Source: Podarcis gaigeae (Eukaryota). From it: a stretch of DNA of 64,000 nt. The stretch lies in NCBI GenBank assembly GCA_964106915.2, contig OZ066916.1; one strand, 5' to 3'. The number at the start of each line of letters is the position of its first letter. Position 1 is the first letter of the stretch. The notes under the pieces were generated by a model. It saw only the letters and a list, made by a program, of their open reading frames with translations. It was not told where the DNA came from and did no database searches. Below, piece after piece: positions 62,750 to 64,000 of this stretch. The translations under genes and the position numbers were made by a program.

Positions 62750-63754
62750 GTACAAGTAATTGTTTGTTATTTAGTATATTCAGCAACAGTGCTTTTTTTT
62801 TATCAGCAACAGTGCTTAATATGTTCACATGCTAGTTCAGCCATGCAGTGACTAATCTGGCCAGGTCAGATAATGGTTTCTCCCTCGAAAAACAGTGACT
62901 CTGTCATGCAAGGCCATCATAATATGATATGTATATAGACCTACATTAACCTATTAACAAAGCCTTCTAGTTGCTTTAACTCTGGAAATGCAGAAAAACC
63001 ATGAAACGTGTAATTAATTGGTCAGAGAATTCAGGTTCCTAAGAATATCTACTTCAGTTGTGGTATTTTAAAGCAGGTTTTGGGGCCTTATGATTGTGAA
63101 AATATCCTCACAAGTGTGTGAGCAACACCTGGTGAAATCGAGGAGTAGCACAAGTTGCAGCAAAAGCTTTATAGTGTTCAGTTACTGAGGTGACTGAGAT
63201 TTCTAGGGATTGCAGTTACTGAAGTGACATTTGCTGGTGTGGTAACACTGCAGTGGGCATTTACTCACATTTTAAAATTTATTTTTTACTTTCTGAATAT
63301 GGTATGCTAATAACTCATAATGTGTATGCTTATAATAGAAGGTGGAAAGAGAAACTAGGTTTCCTAAAGCCCACCCTCCAGGAAGGAAAGTATTATGTTT
63401 TGTCACTGGGATTATGGAATGTTAAAGGAGAGATGTCAATTTATGCTGAAGAACTGTGTGAGCGGGAACCAGGAAAAAAGGGCGAGTCCCCGGCCTTGGA
63501 CTGCTTAAATGGAGCATGCCACACCCCCTGGTCGACCGGATTGCTCGGCCTAAGGGTGACATGGCCGGGGACTCCCTATGACGCAGGGACTAGCTATGTC
63601 CTCCACGCATGGGGCGGGCTCGCAACCAGCCCACAACTTCCATTTCCCCAGGAAGGGAAAGGGCTTTGTCGGCTGGGTGTGTAAGCAAAGAAATGTCAGA
63701 TGCATTTGAGTCTGTGTGGATCTGGATCTAATTAAAACTGGATAGATTAGCAAC

Positions 63755-64000
63755 AGGTGGTGCTGAGGGTTAAACCACAGAGCCTAGGGCTTGCCGATCA
63801 GAAGGTCAGCAGTTTGAATCCCTGCGATGGGGAGCGCTCTTTGTTTGGTCCCAGCTCCTGCCAACCTAGCAGTTTGAAAGCACAACGTGCAAGTAGATAA
63901 ATAGGTACCGCTCTGGCAGGAAGGTAAATGGCGTTTCCACACACTTCTGTGGTTTGCCAGAAGCAGCTTAGTCATGCTGGCCACATGACCCGGAAGCTGT
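63755..64000 (+). mobile_element. Sauria SINE (cut by window end)
   Basis: GGTTAAACCACAGAGCCTAGGGCTTGCCGATCAGAAGGTC...GCTGGCCACATGACCCGGAAGCTGT. Confidence 0.9.

Overview
Vertebrate genomic DNA, very probably a squamate. The Sauria and Squam3-type SINEs and the MITE set point to a lacertid lizard (inference). The window holds the coding region of PLEKHG1 on the + strand: 17 coding exons between 12972 and 48195, giving about 1507 aa, with one exon mostly hidden in a 155-nt N gap and a 3' UTR to about 51430. It is followed head-to-tail by the CpG-island promoter and exons 1-6 of MTHFD1L (+ strand, from 53912, running off the window), the same gene order as human 6q25. Introns carry hAT and Tc1/mariner (Tigger-like) MITEs, Sauria/Squam SINEs, CR1, L2 and RTE-BovB fragments, and a Penelope-like remnant. 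The main finding is a 991-bp non-autonomous hAT transposon (51984-52974, perfect 15-bp TIRs, perfect 8-bp TSD) between the two genes. It has captured the first coding exon, splice donor and flanking intron of an unlinked gene, ENTREP1/FAM189A2, making it a vertebrate Pack-type hAT element. Other notable items are a minimal hammerhead ribozyme in MTHFD1L intron 2, a GC-AG intron in MTHFD1L, a Bov-A-like deleted BovB element, and a hAT MITE carrying TTAGGG repeats. Gene and repeat identities come from recalled sequence similarity, not database searches.
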